The notes under the pieces were generated by a model. It was not told the origin of the DNA. It did no database searches and saw nothing but the letters and a program-made list of their open reading frames with translations. Below are positions 48,649-58,461 of a stretch of DNA of 64,000 nt, piece after piece. The stretch spans positions 1,785 through 65,784 of the forward strand of contig JAICLJ010000004.1 in assembly GCA_025927575.1 (NCBI GenBank), read 5' to 3'. This DNA comes from Bryobacteraceae bacterium (GTDB lineage: Bacteria; Acidobacteriota; Terriglobia; Bryobacterales; Bryobacteraceae). The translations under genes and the position numbers were made by a program. Numbering within the stretch: the first letter of the stretch is position 1; each line of letters starts with the position of its first letter.

Positions 48649-49254
48649 CTACTTCAGGTGTTTATTTACCTCGTTCCAATTCACCACGTTCCACCAAGCC
48701 GAAACGTATTCCGGCCGGCGGTTTTGATATTTCAAATAGTAGGCGTGTTCCCAAACATCGAGACCCAGGACCGGCTTCTTGCCTTCCATCAATGGGCTGT
48801 CTTGGTTGGCGGTGGAAGAGATCTCGAATTTGCCGTTGCCGCTCTTCAGCAGCCACGCCCAGCCGGAACCGAAGCGTCCGGCGGCCGCTGCATTGAATTT
48901 TTCCTTGAACGAATCGAAGCTGCCGAAATTCGAGTTGATTACGCTCGCGATGTCGCCAGTTGGTGCGCCGCCTGCTTTCCCGGCCATGATAGGCCAGAAG
49001 AACGAGTGATTCGCATGGCCGCCGCCGTTATTACGAACGGCCGTTTTGATCGCATCCGGCACAATCGCGCAGTTGTTCGCCAGTAATTCTTCCAGACTCT
49101 TGCCGGACAATTCCGGCGCGGAGTCCAGCGCCTTATTCAAGTTCGTCACGTAAGCATTGTGATGCTTGTCGTGATGAATCTCCATCGTGGTTTTATCGAT
49201 GTGCGGCTCCAGTGCATCAGAGGGGTAGGGGAGTGGTGGAAGTGTAAATGACAT
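48649..49254 (-). CDS. sodA: Mn(Fe) superoxide dismutase
   Basis: [47 protein letters not shown]. Confidence 0.96.
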   Translation of the reverse strand: MSFTLPPLPYPSDALEPHIDKTTMEIHHDKHHNAYVTNLNKALDSAPELSGKSLEELLANNCAIVPDAIKTAVRNNGGGHANHSFFWPIMAGKAGGAPTGDIASVINSNFGSFDSFKEKFNAAAAGRFGSGWAWLLKSGNGKFEISSTANQDSPLMEGKKPVLGLDVWEHAYYLKYQNRRPEYVSAWWNVVNWNEVNKHLK

Positions 49255-49335
49255 TAGTTTCTCCGACTTAATTTTACTTCGTCGTGCATTTGGATTCCGT
49301 TCAGACCGGCGAAGCTCCCGAGGTAAAATGATTTT

Positions 49336-50508
49336 TTATTCCGCTAAATACAGAGTCGAGCCGGCGACGATTGTTTCAACAACCGTCAATTCACTTACGG
49401 CCTCATCCCATCGAAAACGGACCAGATCGGCCTTTTCTCCCGGTGCGAAGCCGCGCTGCCGCCCGGCCACGCGGCACACTCTTGCCGGATTAACCGTCGC
49501 CATTGCGAGCGCCTCCAGTAGGGAAATACGCCCCATCCGCACAGCCTTGCCAATAGCCCGATCCATGCGCAACGAAGAACCCGCGAGGCGATCCTGCTGA
49601 TTCCGCAACACCACACGGTTGTCGGCTTTCAATTCCACGTCCTCAATGCCGAGCCGATAGTAGCCTGGCTCGCACATGGCCGGCATCACCGCGTCGGTTA
49701 CCAGCACCGAGTGTGTCACGCCCTTCGCGCGAACGGCCGAACGAAAAAACGATTCCGGGATGTGAATGCCATCCACAATAAAACTGGGTGACAGGCGTTC
49801 GTCCGCAATCTGATCCCAAATGTAGTTGTTCGTCTTGTGAAGCGTTGCGTGCGCGCCGTTCCCGAGGTGCGTGGACATGGTGGCGCCGGCGTCGACGGCT
49901 GCTTTTATTTGCTCACTGGTCGCTTTTGTATGGCCTACGCTCACCACCACGCCCGTGCGCGTCACAGCATCGATATACGATGGGGCCTGCGGCCATTCCG
50001 GCGAAACCGTCACTAACCGGACCAAGCCGTCCGCCGCTTCCTGCCAGCGTTTAAACTCCTCGATGTCCGGGGGCCGCACGGAGCCTTTGGGATGGGCGCC
50101 GCGCGGCCCGTCCTCGGGCGAAATGTGCGGCCCTTCCACATGGAATGCTTCAATCGCGATTCCCTCGGCCATTCCCGCGGACTCGAACGCTTTTTTCGCC
50201 TTCACCATGTTGCGAAGAGCGCCGGCCATGATTTCAGGGGGGCCCGTGACGATGGTGGGAAAACATCGCGTGACGCCCGTCGAGGACATGACGCGCAAGG
50301 AGCGCGCAATTTCCTCGGGCGATGCGGCAGGATCGTTGTAATCGACGCCTGCAAAGCCATTCACTTGCACGTCGACAAAGCCCGGGGCCAGGTATTCACC
50401 CGTTCCAGGCGATGTAATCAACTCATCAACCGACTCAATCACATTGCTGAAGCGAATCTCGTGACTCGCGGACGTAGCGGCGAATTTCCCGTGGCGCGCT
50501 GTGCTCAT
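49336..50508 (-). CDS. nagA: N-acetylglucosamine-6-phosphate deacetylase
   Basis: PGFVDVQVNG, HVEGP, GAH, GHT, THLGN, DGIH, VTDA, LAGS. Confidence 0.88.
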   Translation of the reverse strand: MSTARHGKFAATSASHEIRFSNVIESVDELITSPGTGEYLAPGFVDVQVNGFAGVDYNDPAASPEEIARSLRVMSSTGVTRCFPTIVTGPPEIMAGALRNMVKAKKAFESAGMAEGIAIEAFHVEGPHISPEDGPRGAHPKGSVRPPDIEEFKRWQEAADGLVRLVTVSPEWPQAPSYIDAVTRTGVVVSVGHTKATSEQIKAAVDAGATMSTHLGNGAHATLHKTNNYIWDQIADERLSPSFIVDGIHIPESFFRSAVRAKGVTHSVLVTDAVMPAMCEPGYYRLGIEDVELKADNRVVLRNQQDRLAGSSLRMDRAIGKAVRMGRISLLEALAMATVNPARVCRVAGRQRGFAPGEKADLVRFRWDEAVSELTVVETIVAGSTLYLAE

Positions 50509-50600
50509 AGCCCCAAAACATTTCCTCTCTGAATGGTTTTTTCACAATTTACGCAACGCTAATATCCGTTAACTCCTGCTCGCTCAGCCAGATAAAATGT

Positions 50601-50620
50601 GTTGAAAACCGCTTTATAAC
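50601..50620. promoter_or_regulatory. Possible LacI-type operator upstream of nagA
   Basis: GTTGAAAACCGCTTTATAAC imperfect palindrome (14/20) with central AAxCGxTT. Confidence 0.3.
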
Positions 50621-50815
50621 GCTTGGCCCCGGCCGCCGTTCCTGTTACAACAGACTACAGATCCAGCGCGAGCGAGGGATCGGCAGATAATCTCGGGGGA
50701 GGTGGCTGCAGGTTTCGCGCTCGCGGTTGGTTCAGATATGCCGCTCGGCGGCCACTTTCGCAATTGGCAATCCCGCCCGATGGCTTCACAATCGATCCGC
50801 CGAAGCTGCGATTGC

Positions 50816-51766
50816 TCAGGCGCTCACCGGCTGCGGCTCTGTCACTCCCGCCACCGGCGTCAGCCAGCCGAATTCATCCTTGGCCTTTCCTTGGACGATC
50901 TCGAAAAACCGCTGCTGAATGCGTTCAGTAATTGGACCTCGCCGGCCCTCGCCAATCTGTATACGATCCACGGATCGAATGGGCGTGACTTCGGCGGCAG
51001 TTCCGCAGAAGAAGACCTCATCAGCGATATAAAGCATTTCCCTCGGGATGATCGTTTCGACCAGCGGAATGCCTAATTGCCGGACTAGCGTGATGATGGA
51101 GTCTCGTGTAATTCCCGGCAGCACAGAAGCCCCCACCGGCGGGGTGTGCACCTTGCCGTCGCGGATCACAAATATGTTCTCACCTGAACCCTCGCTGACG
51201 AATCCGTTGTTGTCGAGGGCAATCCCCTCGGCATAGCCGTTCTTCGCGGCTTCCATGCGAATGAGCTGCGAGTTCATGTAATTCGCGCCCGCTTTCGCCA
51301 GCGCCGGAAGCGTGTTGGGAGCGATCCGGGTCCACGACGAAATACACACGTCGACGCCCTGTGCGACCGCCTCCTCGCCAAGGTATTTACCCCATTCCCA
51401 TACGGCAATGTACGTTTCGATCGGATTCGAAAAAGGAAGCACGCCCACATCGCCATAGCCCCGAATCGCGATGGGTCGGACATAACAGGAGCGCAACTGG
51501 TTCGCACGGATGGTTTCCACCATCGCCTGCGTCAACTGTTGAATGGAATACGGAATGTCCATCCGGTAAATTCTGCCGGAATCTAGCAGCCGGCGAGCGT
51601 GCTCCGGAGCGCGGAAGATCGCCGGTCCATTCGCGGTCTCATAACACCGGAGGCCTTCAAACACAGAGCTTCCGTAGCTGACGACGTGCGAAAGGACGTG
51701 AATCTTGGCCTCGTCCCAGCGAATCAATTGCCCGTTGTGCCAGATCTTCTCTGTTGCCTTCAGCAT
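50816..51766 (-). CDS. ilvE: Branched-chain amino acid aminotransferase
   Basis: YGSSVFEG, AKAGANY (PLP Lys), SEGSGENIF, LPGITR, GTAAEVTP. Confidence 0.96.
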   Translation of the reverse strand: MLKATEKIWHNGQLIRWDEAKIHVLSHVVSYGSSVFEGLRCYETANGPAIFRAPEHARRLLDSGRIYRMDIPYSIQQLTQAMVETIRANQLRSCYVRPIAIRGYGDVGVLPFSNPIETYIAVWEWGKYLGEEAVAQGVDVCISSWTRIAPNTLPALAKAGANYMNSQLIRMEAAKNGYAEGIALDNNGFVSEGSGENIFVIRDGKVHTPPVGASVLPGITRDSIITLVRQLGIPLVETIIPREMLYIADEVFFCGTAAEVTPIRSVDRIQIGEGRRGPITERIQQRFFEIVQGKAKDEFGWLTPVAGVTEPQPVSA

Positions 51767-51843
51767 GCTCGAATTATAACGAAGTTATTTGAAACACTCG
51801 ATTTACCAGAGCAATCTGGGATTATGGGGTAAGTAGGAACGGG

Positions 51844-52707
51844 ATGAGATCAAGACGTCTATTTCTAGCGATTTTGGTTGTCGGCGGGGGGGCGCTGTTT
51901 GCGCAACTCAAGGAACTGAAGCCTGGATTCAATTTTTTCTCGACGCAGCAGGACATTCAATTGGGCCAGGAAGCGAAAGCACAGGTCGAGAAAACGATGC
52001 CGGTCATTCAGGATCGCCGCATCACCGACTATCTGACACAAATCGGCCAAATGCTTGCCCGGTCGCCGCACGCCGGCCAATGGCCCTTCTCATTCAGCAC
52101 GATTTACGACAAGAACATCAATGCCTTCGCTCTGCCGGGCGGCCCCATTTTCATCAATACGGCGACGATAGCGGCGGCTGACAACGAAGCTCAACTTGCC
52201 GGCGTGATGGCGCATGAAATGTCGCACATTGTGCTCCGCCATGGCACGCATCAAGCCTCGAAGGCACAGTTCATCCAACTGCCCGCCATGATTGCGGGCG
52301 CGGCATTAGGCAACGGCATACTGGGGGCCTTGGGCCGTCTCGGCATTAACATCGGCGCGAACTCTGTGTTGCTGAAATACTCACGCGATGCCGAAGCACA
52401 GGCCGACTACAATGGCGCGGAGATCATGGCGGACGTCGGTTACAACCCTGTCGAGATGGCTCGCTTCTTCGAGAAATTGGAAAGCAAGGGAAGCGAGGGG
52501 CAGATTGCTCAATTTTTGTCTGACCACCCAAGTCCGGGAAACCGCGTGAAGGCGGTGGAAGAAGAGATTCAGTATTTGCCGAAGAAAACCTATCGCGACA
52601 CCATCACCGGCAAGTTTCAAGGTGTTCAGACGTACGTGCAGCGCCTGAAGCCTCCCAAAAATTACAAGCCGCCGGCACAAAACCAGAATCCCCCGCCGGG
52701 CGCGTGA
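51844..52707 (+). CDS. M48-family zinc metalloprotease (BepA/YfgC-like)
   Basis: INAFALPGG, AHEMSH, YSRDAEAQAD, SDHP. Confidence 0.92.
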   Translation: MRSRRLFLAILVVGGGALFAQLKELKPGFNFFSTQQDIQLGQEAKAQVEKTMPVIQDRRITDYLTQIGQMLARSPHAGQWPFSFSTIYDKNINAFALPGGPIFINTATIAAADNEAQLAGVMAHEMSHIVLRHGTHQASKAQFIQLPAMIAGAALGNGILGALGRLGINIGANSVLLKYSRDAEAQADYNGAEIMADVGYNPVEMARFFEKLESKGSEGQIAQFLSDHPSPGNRVKAVEEEIQYLPKKTYRDTITGKFQGVQTYVQRLKPPKNYKPPAQNQNPPPGA

Positions 52708-52726
52708 CTCGTCGGCCGATTTGGCG

Positions 52727-54058
52727 TCACACTGCGGGCGAAATGGGAGCACGCACCTTCGATCCAAAGTACGAATAGTAACCGACGAAAATATAACAGC
52801 CGAGCGGAATGAGCATCGCGACGGCCATGCTTTGGCTGGCCTCGGAAACTAGTCCCATGACCGGCGTAAAGATCGCGCCACCGATGATCGCCATGACGAT
52901 GAGCGAACCGCCGATCTTGGTGTTCGGCCCAAGCTCTTTTAGTCCGAGAGCGAAAATGGTTGGGAACATCAGCGACATGAAGAAGCTGGTGAGAAAGATG
53001 GTCCAGACTCCGATCCAGCCAGGGGACAGGACGGCGATTGCCACCAGAACGACGTTGATGACGCTGTAGTGACCCATCAGCTTATTCGGTGGATAGAACT
53101 TCATTGCGTACGAAGATGCGAATCGCCCCACCCCGAATGCGACCAGGGTGCCGGTTAAGAGGTAACCGGCGATCTTTTCATTCTGGTAAGTGTATTGCTG
53201 AATGTATTGGATGAAAAAGCTCCACGTGCCCACCTGCGCGCCAATGTAGAAAAACTGGGCTGCCACGGCTTGCAGAAAATGAGGATAGTGGAGCAATTCC
53301 CTGATGTGTCCTTTCCCTTTTCCCGATGGCTCATGCTCCTCGCCGGAAAGGGTTGGGAACTTGGTGCGAATGATGAGAATAGCCCAAATGAAGACAACCA
53401 CGCCAACCACAAGATAAGGGTCGACCACGCGCATGGTTTCGTGATGAAGGTAGTCCTTCAGGGTGCCGGCCGCTTTCATCGAGGCGACCTGGTCCGGCGT
53501 CAGTTCGACGCCGGAGAAGATGAACACGGTGCCGACCAGGACTCCGCAAATGGCGCCGAGAGGATTGAAGGCTTGCGAAAAGTTAAGGCGGCGCTCCGAA
53601 CTAACCGGATCGCCTAATTGCGCGATAAACGAGTTCGATCCGGTCTCAAGAAACGCCAGGCCGCTCGCGATCACGAAGAGGGCGCCAAGAAACAGGCTGT
53701 ACTTGCCCGCAATTGCGGCTGGCCAGAAGAGAAATGTACCTCCGGCGTACAAAAAAAGGCCCGTCACCAAGCCGGTTTTATACCCGAATTTTTTCATGAT
53801 CATCGCCGCCGGCATCGACAAGAGGAAATAACCGAGATAGAACGCCGATTGAACCAAACCCGCCTGGAATCGGGATAGCTCGAACGATTTCATGAACTGA
53901 CGGATCAGCACGTCGTTCAGGTTGTTCGGTATGCCCCACAGAAAAAAGAGCGCCGTAACCAGCACAAAGGGAATGAGGTTCTCGCGCGCGAACAACCGAT
54001 GTTCGCCGGGCTGCGGCTTGCCCGCTTTCGTGTTGGTCGGGACACTATGCGAATTCAT
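52727..54058 (-). CDS. fucP: L-fucose:H+ symporter-family MFS permease
   Basis: LFFLWG..NLND.LI, VQSAFYLGYF, LETGSN, RLNFSQAFN, SLMFPTIF; ATG 54058. Confidence 0.88.
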   Translation of the reverse strand: MNSHSVPTNTKAGKPQPGEHRLFARENLIPFVLVTALFFLWGIPNNLNDVLIRQFMKSFELSRFQAGLVQSAFYLGYFLLSMPAAMIMKKFGYKTGLVTGLFLYAGGTFLFWPAAIAGKYSLFLGALFVIASGLAFLETGSNSFIAQLGDPVSSERRLNFSQAFNPLGAICGVLVGTVFIFSGVELTPDQVASMKAAGTLKDYLHHETMRVVDPYLVVGVVVFIWAILIIRTKFPTLSGEEHEPSGKGKGHIRELLHYPHFLQAVAAQFFYIGAQVGTWSFFIQYIQQYTYQNEKIAGYLLTGTLVAFGVGRFASSYAMKFYPPNKLMGHYSVINVVLVAIAVLSPGWIGVWTIFLTSFFMSLMFPTIFALGLKELGPNTKIGGSLIVMAIIGGAIFTPVMGLVSEASQSMAVAMLIPLGCYIFVGYYSYFGSKVRAPISPAV

Positions 54059-54588
54059 GAGCGCTCCTGGGGACGGTTCGAAGCACTGGAAACGTGCTCT
54101 GGTGGACCAGTATAACGGAGCCTGTGGCGCCAATGCCCCCGGCCACAATCTTGCGCCTGTGCGATACTCCGAATTATTCCACTCGAAATTGTGCCAGCTC
54201 GAATTTGTACTAGTATGTTTGACCGTTTTCTCGACCCGCGCTCCCAAGTTGCGCTGATGTGCCTGTTTACGGCATTCGCTTTTTGGAATAACGATCCGCT
54301 GTTTTTTATATTTGCCGCAATGGCGGCCTGCACCAAACTAGCGGAGTAGTTGCCGCGGCGTTATCCGCAGGTAACGGTACGAATTTTATTCACTCGCCGG
54401 GAAATAGTTCCTGCCTGCAGGGTGATTCTCCCTTACTCGATCCAACCGGGCGGAATGGCGGAGATATCGGTAAGCTACTGAAACACAAAGGCATCGCGAG
54501 CGAAGCGATTGATGAGACGCGGCTCTGATGCGCCGCAGTCCCCAAGGTACCCAACGTGCATTCTTCCGTCCTGGAGGAGAAATTTAGA

Positions 54589-54753
54589 ATGCTCTGGTAT
54601 GCGTGGGTGTTCCTGGTAATCGCGATTATAGCGGCTATTTTCGGATTTGGCGGCATCGCGGCCGCGTCCGCCGGGATAGCAAAAATCTTGTTTGTTGTGT
54701 TTCTAATACTGTTTGTGATCAGCCTTATCGCCGGCCGCCGCAGGGTGGTCTGA
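54589..54753 (+). CDS. DUF1328 (UPF0391/YtjA) small membrane protein
   Basis: [35 protein letters not shown]; GGAGGAG RBS. Confidence 0.93.
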   Translation: MLWYAWVFLVIAIIAAIFGFGGIAAASAGIAKILFVVFLILFVISLIAGRRRVV

Positions 54754-54814
54754 CGAAGGTTCACCGGTAGTGCTTTGGGGTTCAGGGCGGACAGGCTGTC
54801 GCCCTGAATCGAAT

Positions 54815-55315
54815 TCAATTATCGGTGTTGCCCAAGCCGGCAAATGCCGCTTGCAGTTTCGCGAAAGTGTCTTCCAATAACTCGGGCATAACTCGTGTTC
54901 CGCCAATCACGGTCATAAAATTGGCGTCTCCCTTCCAGCGCGGCAGCATGTGCAAATGTAGATGGTCCACGATGCCTGCACCGGCGGCCTCACCAAGGTT
55001 CATGCCAATATTGAGTCCGTCAGGCCGATAAATCTTTGTGAAAATCGATTCGACCGAACGCGCCAGCCTCCACATCTCATCTGCGGCCGATTCGTCAAGC
55101 TCTGAGAGTTGTGACGTGTGCTTGTTTGGCGCGATCATCAGGTGGCCGCTCGTATAGGGAAATCGATTCAGCATCACGAAATTATGCGCGGCATGATGGA
55201 GAATCAGGTTTTCTTTGTCGTTTCCGCTTCGGAGGGCGGAGCAGAATATGCATCCGCGCGCGCCCGTTTTCCCGGCAATGTAGGTGGACCGCCATGGAGT
55301 CCACAGGTGTTCCAT
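54815..55315 (-). CDS. HIT-family hydrolase (FHIT/Ap4A type)
   Basis: LWTPWR, CIFC, NRFPYTSGHLM, HLHLH triad. Confidence 0.92.
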   Translation of the reverse strand: MEHLWTPWRSTYIAGKTGARGCIFCSALRSGNDKENLILHHAAHNFVMLNRFPYTSGHLMIAPNKHTSQLSELDESAADEMWRLARSVESIFTKIYRPDGLNIGMNLGEAAGAGIVDHLHLHMLPRWKGDANFMTVIGGTRVMPELLEDTFAKLQAAFAGLGNTDN

Positions 55316-55326
55316 TAAATCATCCC

Positions 55327-55695
55327 TCACTCGGAATGTGAGGTAGAATCGCGCGTTTGCTCAATCTCGGAAACCTGCTCCGCGCTCGCTTCCGTTCTCG
55401 CATCCCCATTGCGGGCAGATGGTCGATTTACCAGATCCCTGAGTTCTTTGCTTGGTTTGAAATAAGGTATGCGTTTCGAGGGAACCTCGACGCGAGTTCC
55501 GGTTTTCGGGTTGCGGCCGATTCGTGGTTGGCGCTGCCGGGTGCGGAAACTTCCGAATCCGCGGATCTCGATCTTATCGCCTGCGTGGAGACTGTTTACA
55601 ATACTTTCGAAGATGGTCTCCACGATCACCTCGGCATCCTTCCGCGTCATTTCCACGACGCGCGATACTTCTTCGATCAATTCCGCCTTCGTCAT
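55327..55695 (-). CDS. ihfB: Integration host factor beta / HU-family DNA-binding protein
   Basis: MTKAELI, IEIRGFGSF, GRNPKTG, YFKPSKELR; follows rpsA. Confidence 0.88.
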   Translation of the reverse strand: MTKAELIEEVSRVVEMTRKDAEVIVETIFESIVNSLHAGDKIEIRGFGSFRTRQRQPRIGRNPKTGTRVEVPSKRIPYFKPSKELRDLVNRPSARNGDARTEASAEQVSEIEQTRDSTSHSE

Positions 55696-55717
55696 AATCC
55701 CTTCCTTGGCAACGGGC

Positions 55718-57484
55718 CTAGTCTTCACCTTGTGAATGATGCTTAATCACGTCACCCACGGTTGAAGTGGCAATGGCTGCCTGGCGTTTATAGTCTTCTA
55801 AGCGGACGCGCTCCTCTTGCTCGGCCATTGCTCTCAGGCTGAGGCCGATCCGTTTCTGAGCCTCATTCATTTTGATTACTTTGAAATCCAGTTCCTCGCC
55901 GAGTTCGAGGGGCGAGTCTTCGCTGGCGCCATTGCGCTTCCGGGTTTCGGCGGGTATTTCGCTTCTGTGGCAAAGCCCTTCAACACCCGGAAGCAATTCA
56001 ACAAAAGCTCCAAACTGAGCCGCCCGGCAAACGCGTCCGTGTACGACGTCGCCAACCTGATGGGCTCGGAAGAACGTCTCCCACGCATCCGGGTGGAGCT
56101 GCTTGATTCCCAGCGACAGACGCCGGTTGGGAGCGTCGATATTCAGGATGACGGCTTGAACAATCTGGCCCTTCTTTACTACTTCCGACGGATGTTTCAC
56201 CCGAACGGTCCATGACATATCCGAGATATGAACCAACCCATCGACGCCCTCTTCGATCTCGATAAACGCCCCGAAATCGGCTAGTTTGCGAACTCTGCCC
56301 TCCACAACCGAGCCGACGCTATAGCGGTTGGCAACGGTTGTCCACGGATCCGCCTCAAGCTGCTTGATGCCCAGTGAAATACGCCGTTCTCGCGGCTTTA
56401 CCTCGAGCACTACTGCTTCAACCTGGTCGCCGACTTTGACCAACTTGCCCGGGTGCTTCATCCTCCGGCTCCACGTCATTTCGGAGATGTGGATCAGCCC
56501 TTCGACGCCCGCCTCGAGTTCTACGAAGGCGCCATAATCGGTGACGCTCACGACGCGGCCGACGACGTGGGTTTGCGGCGGATAGTGTTGGTCAATCCGC
56601 TCCCATGGATCGGGAAGCATCTGTTTCAGGCCGAGCGAAATTCGCTCTTTTGCACGATCGAACTTTAGTACTTTGACCGTGACCTCTTCGCCGACCTGCA
56701 CGACTGCCGATGGGTGGGTGACATTGCCGTAGCTGAGATCGCTCACGTGGAGCAGTCCGTCGATTCCGCCAAGATCCACGAAAGCGCCGTAATCGGTCAG
56801 ATTCTTAATGACCCCGGAAATGACCCCACCTTCTTCGATGTGTTCAAGCGCGTGAACCTTCTTCGCGGCGGCTTCTTCTTCAACGACGATACGCCGGGAG
56901 ACAACCGCATTATTCCTGCGGCGGTTCAATTTCAGAATGCGGACCGGCAACTCCTGGCCGAGATATTGATCCAGATTGTGAACGGGGCGAACTTCTATTT
57001 GCGAGCTGGGTAGAAAACCGATCACTCCACCGATATCTACAGCGAGGCCGCCTTTCACCTTGCTGAGAACGCGGCCGGGGACCGTGCTGCCTTCGGTTGC
57101 GGTTTTCTCCAGGTTTTCCCAGGCGTGCCGCCGGTGCGCGCGCTCATATGAAAGCAGAATGTAGCCTTCGGGTTGAACGCCGGTCCGGTCGATCATTACC
57201 TCGATGGCATCCCCTGGATGCACGTCCGGTTTTCCATCGAGTGTAGGGAGTTGCGACGCGGGCACAAGGCCTTCACTCTTTCGGCCGATATCGACGATTA
57301 CTTCTTTGTCGGAGACGCTGAGGACGTGGCCCTGTAATATCTCGCTCTCGCCGGACGGGGTGAAGTGGCTATAGTCGTCGAGCAGCGCCTGGTAGTCTTC
57401 CTCCGCCAAGCCTCCGGTAACTTCATTGAGATCGTCTGTCGGACCAGCCATTTGTGTCAACCCCATATTCGGCGCCTTGCCCAT
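55718..57484 (-). CDS. rpsA: 30S ribosomal protein S1
   Basis: Six S1 repeats (YGAFVDLGGIDGLLHVSD, GVEGLIHISEM, RISLGLKQ). Confidence 0.95.
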   Translation of the reverse strand: MGKAPNMGLTQMAGPTDDLNEVTGGLAEEDYQALLDDYSHFTPSGESEILQGHVLSVSDKEVIVDIGRKSEGLVPASQLPTLDGKPDVHPGDAIEVMIDRTGVQPEGYILLSYERAHRRHAWENLEKTATEGSTVPGRVLSKVKGGLAVDIGGVIGFLPSSQIEVRPVHNLDQYLGQELPVRILKLNRRRNNAVVSRRIVVEEEAAAKKVHALEHIEEGGVISGVIKNLTDYGAFVDLGGIDGLLHVSDLSYGNVTHPSAVVQVGEEVTVKVLKFDRAKERISLGLKQMLPDPWERIDQHYPPQTHVVGRVVSVTDYGAFVELEAGVEGLIHISEMTWSRRMKHPGKLVKVGDQVEAVVLEVKPRERRISLGIKQLEADPWTTVANRYSVGSVVEGRVRKLADFGAFIEIEEGVDGLVHISDMSWTVRVKHPSEVVKKGQIVQAVILNIDAPNRRLSLGIKQLHPDAWETFFRAHQVGDVVHGRVCRAAQFGAFVELLPGVEGLCHRSEIPAETRKRNGASEDSPLELGEELDFKVIKMNEAQKRIGLSLRAMAEQEERVRLEDYKRQAAIATSTVGDVIKHHSQGED

Positions 57485-57558
57485 AATAGGTAGAACACCG
57501 GAAGCGCTCCCGCGGGAGCGGGAAGTTTGGAGCCATCGAAGAAGACGGGTTTAGCTTT

Positions 57559-57571
57559 CAAAGTATTGATA
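57559..57571 (-). promoter_or_regulatory. IHF consensus binding site in rpsA-ihfB leader
   Basis: Minus strand TATCAATACTTTG matches WATCAANNNNTTR exactly. Confidence 0.55.
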
Positions 57572-57586
57572 GCTCAGTACTTCAGC

Positions 57587-57615
57587 AATATAGCGGACCG
57601 TTTTCAGGATGTCAA
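57587..57615 (-). promoter_or_regulatory. Sigma70 promoter of rpsA-ihfB-HIT operon
   Basis: Minus strand TTGACA (57615-57610)-N17-TATATT (57592-57587). Confidence 0.75.
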
Positions 57616-57854
57616 CCATCGGTGAACCGTCCTCTATACACTAGGGTACCGTTGCGAAAGGAAGTCAGCTACCGGCAAGTGCAGCGGGGAAAGCACGACC
57701 CTTTCTGTAAGGTTCGCGCGTAAAATTCGACGCCCAAAGTTTCTGGTTCTCATGGATGTTTCATCCGGATGACATTCGGCGTCACGCAGTTCGATTTCCA
57801 AGAAACCGTGAGAGCGAGGCGGTTCACATACACTGGTGGGTAGGGCCGCCCGTG

Positions 57855-58385
57855 ATGACGGTCTCGACTATGTTTCACTTGATTGCCGCCGGCGACCTCA
57901 AGCTGATGCGGAAGCTGAACAATTGGCGCGCTCCAAAGTGGATACGTCTGTGGGCGCTTGCCGCGACCCGCGCCGGAGACGGGTGGCTCTGGGGTCTAAT
58001 CGGAATCGCTATTTTGTTGTTCGGCAAGGAAGGGCGTTTGGCCACAGCGGCGGCGGGTTCGGCAGTGCTGGTTGGGGCGGCCCTCTTTGTCTCGCTCAAG
58101 CGCGTATCCGGGCGAAAGCGGCCCTGTGAGATCGAACCGCATTGCTGGGCGACGCTGCTTCCTCCCGACCAGTTTTCCTTTCCTTCGGGCCATACCATCA
58201 CGGCGTTCGCCGTGTCGGTGACCTTGGGCCTCTTCTATCCTGTCTTGCTGCCATTTCTGCTCTTCTGCGCCGTAAGCATCGCACTTTCGCGAGTCTTGTT
58301 AGGTATGCATTTTTTCAGCGATGTGCTGGCCGGGGCAGCGCTTGGAACAGTCATTGCAATGGGCGCTTACATCATTTTCGGCTGA
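57855..58385 (+). CDS. PAP2-family membrane phosphatase
   Basis: KRVSGRKRP, SFPSGH, SRVLLGMHFFSDV; start uncertain. Confidence 0.9.
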   Translation: MTVSTMFHLIAAGDLKLMRKLNNWRAPKWIRLWALAATRAGDGWLWGLIGIAILLFGKEGRLATAAAGSAVLVGAALFVSLKRVSGRKRPCEIEPHCWATLLPPDQFSFPSGHTITAFAVSVTLGLFYPVLLPFLLFCAVSIALSRVLLGMHFFSDVLAGAALGTVIAMGAYIIFG

Positions 58386-58461
58386 ATGCGCGTACAATTA
58401 CGGTTGCCTCTAGCCGTCGAAACAGAGATGTGGCGTTCGACGCCAGCATGGCAAAAAGGAT

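Noticed and set aside
54060-54560. Riboswitch or ncRNA between fucP and DUF1328; three CTCGAA-TT-like repeats at ~15-bp spacing
   Set aside because: No recognisable RNA family motif; repeats too short to support without comparative data
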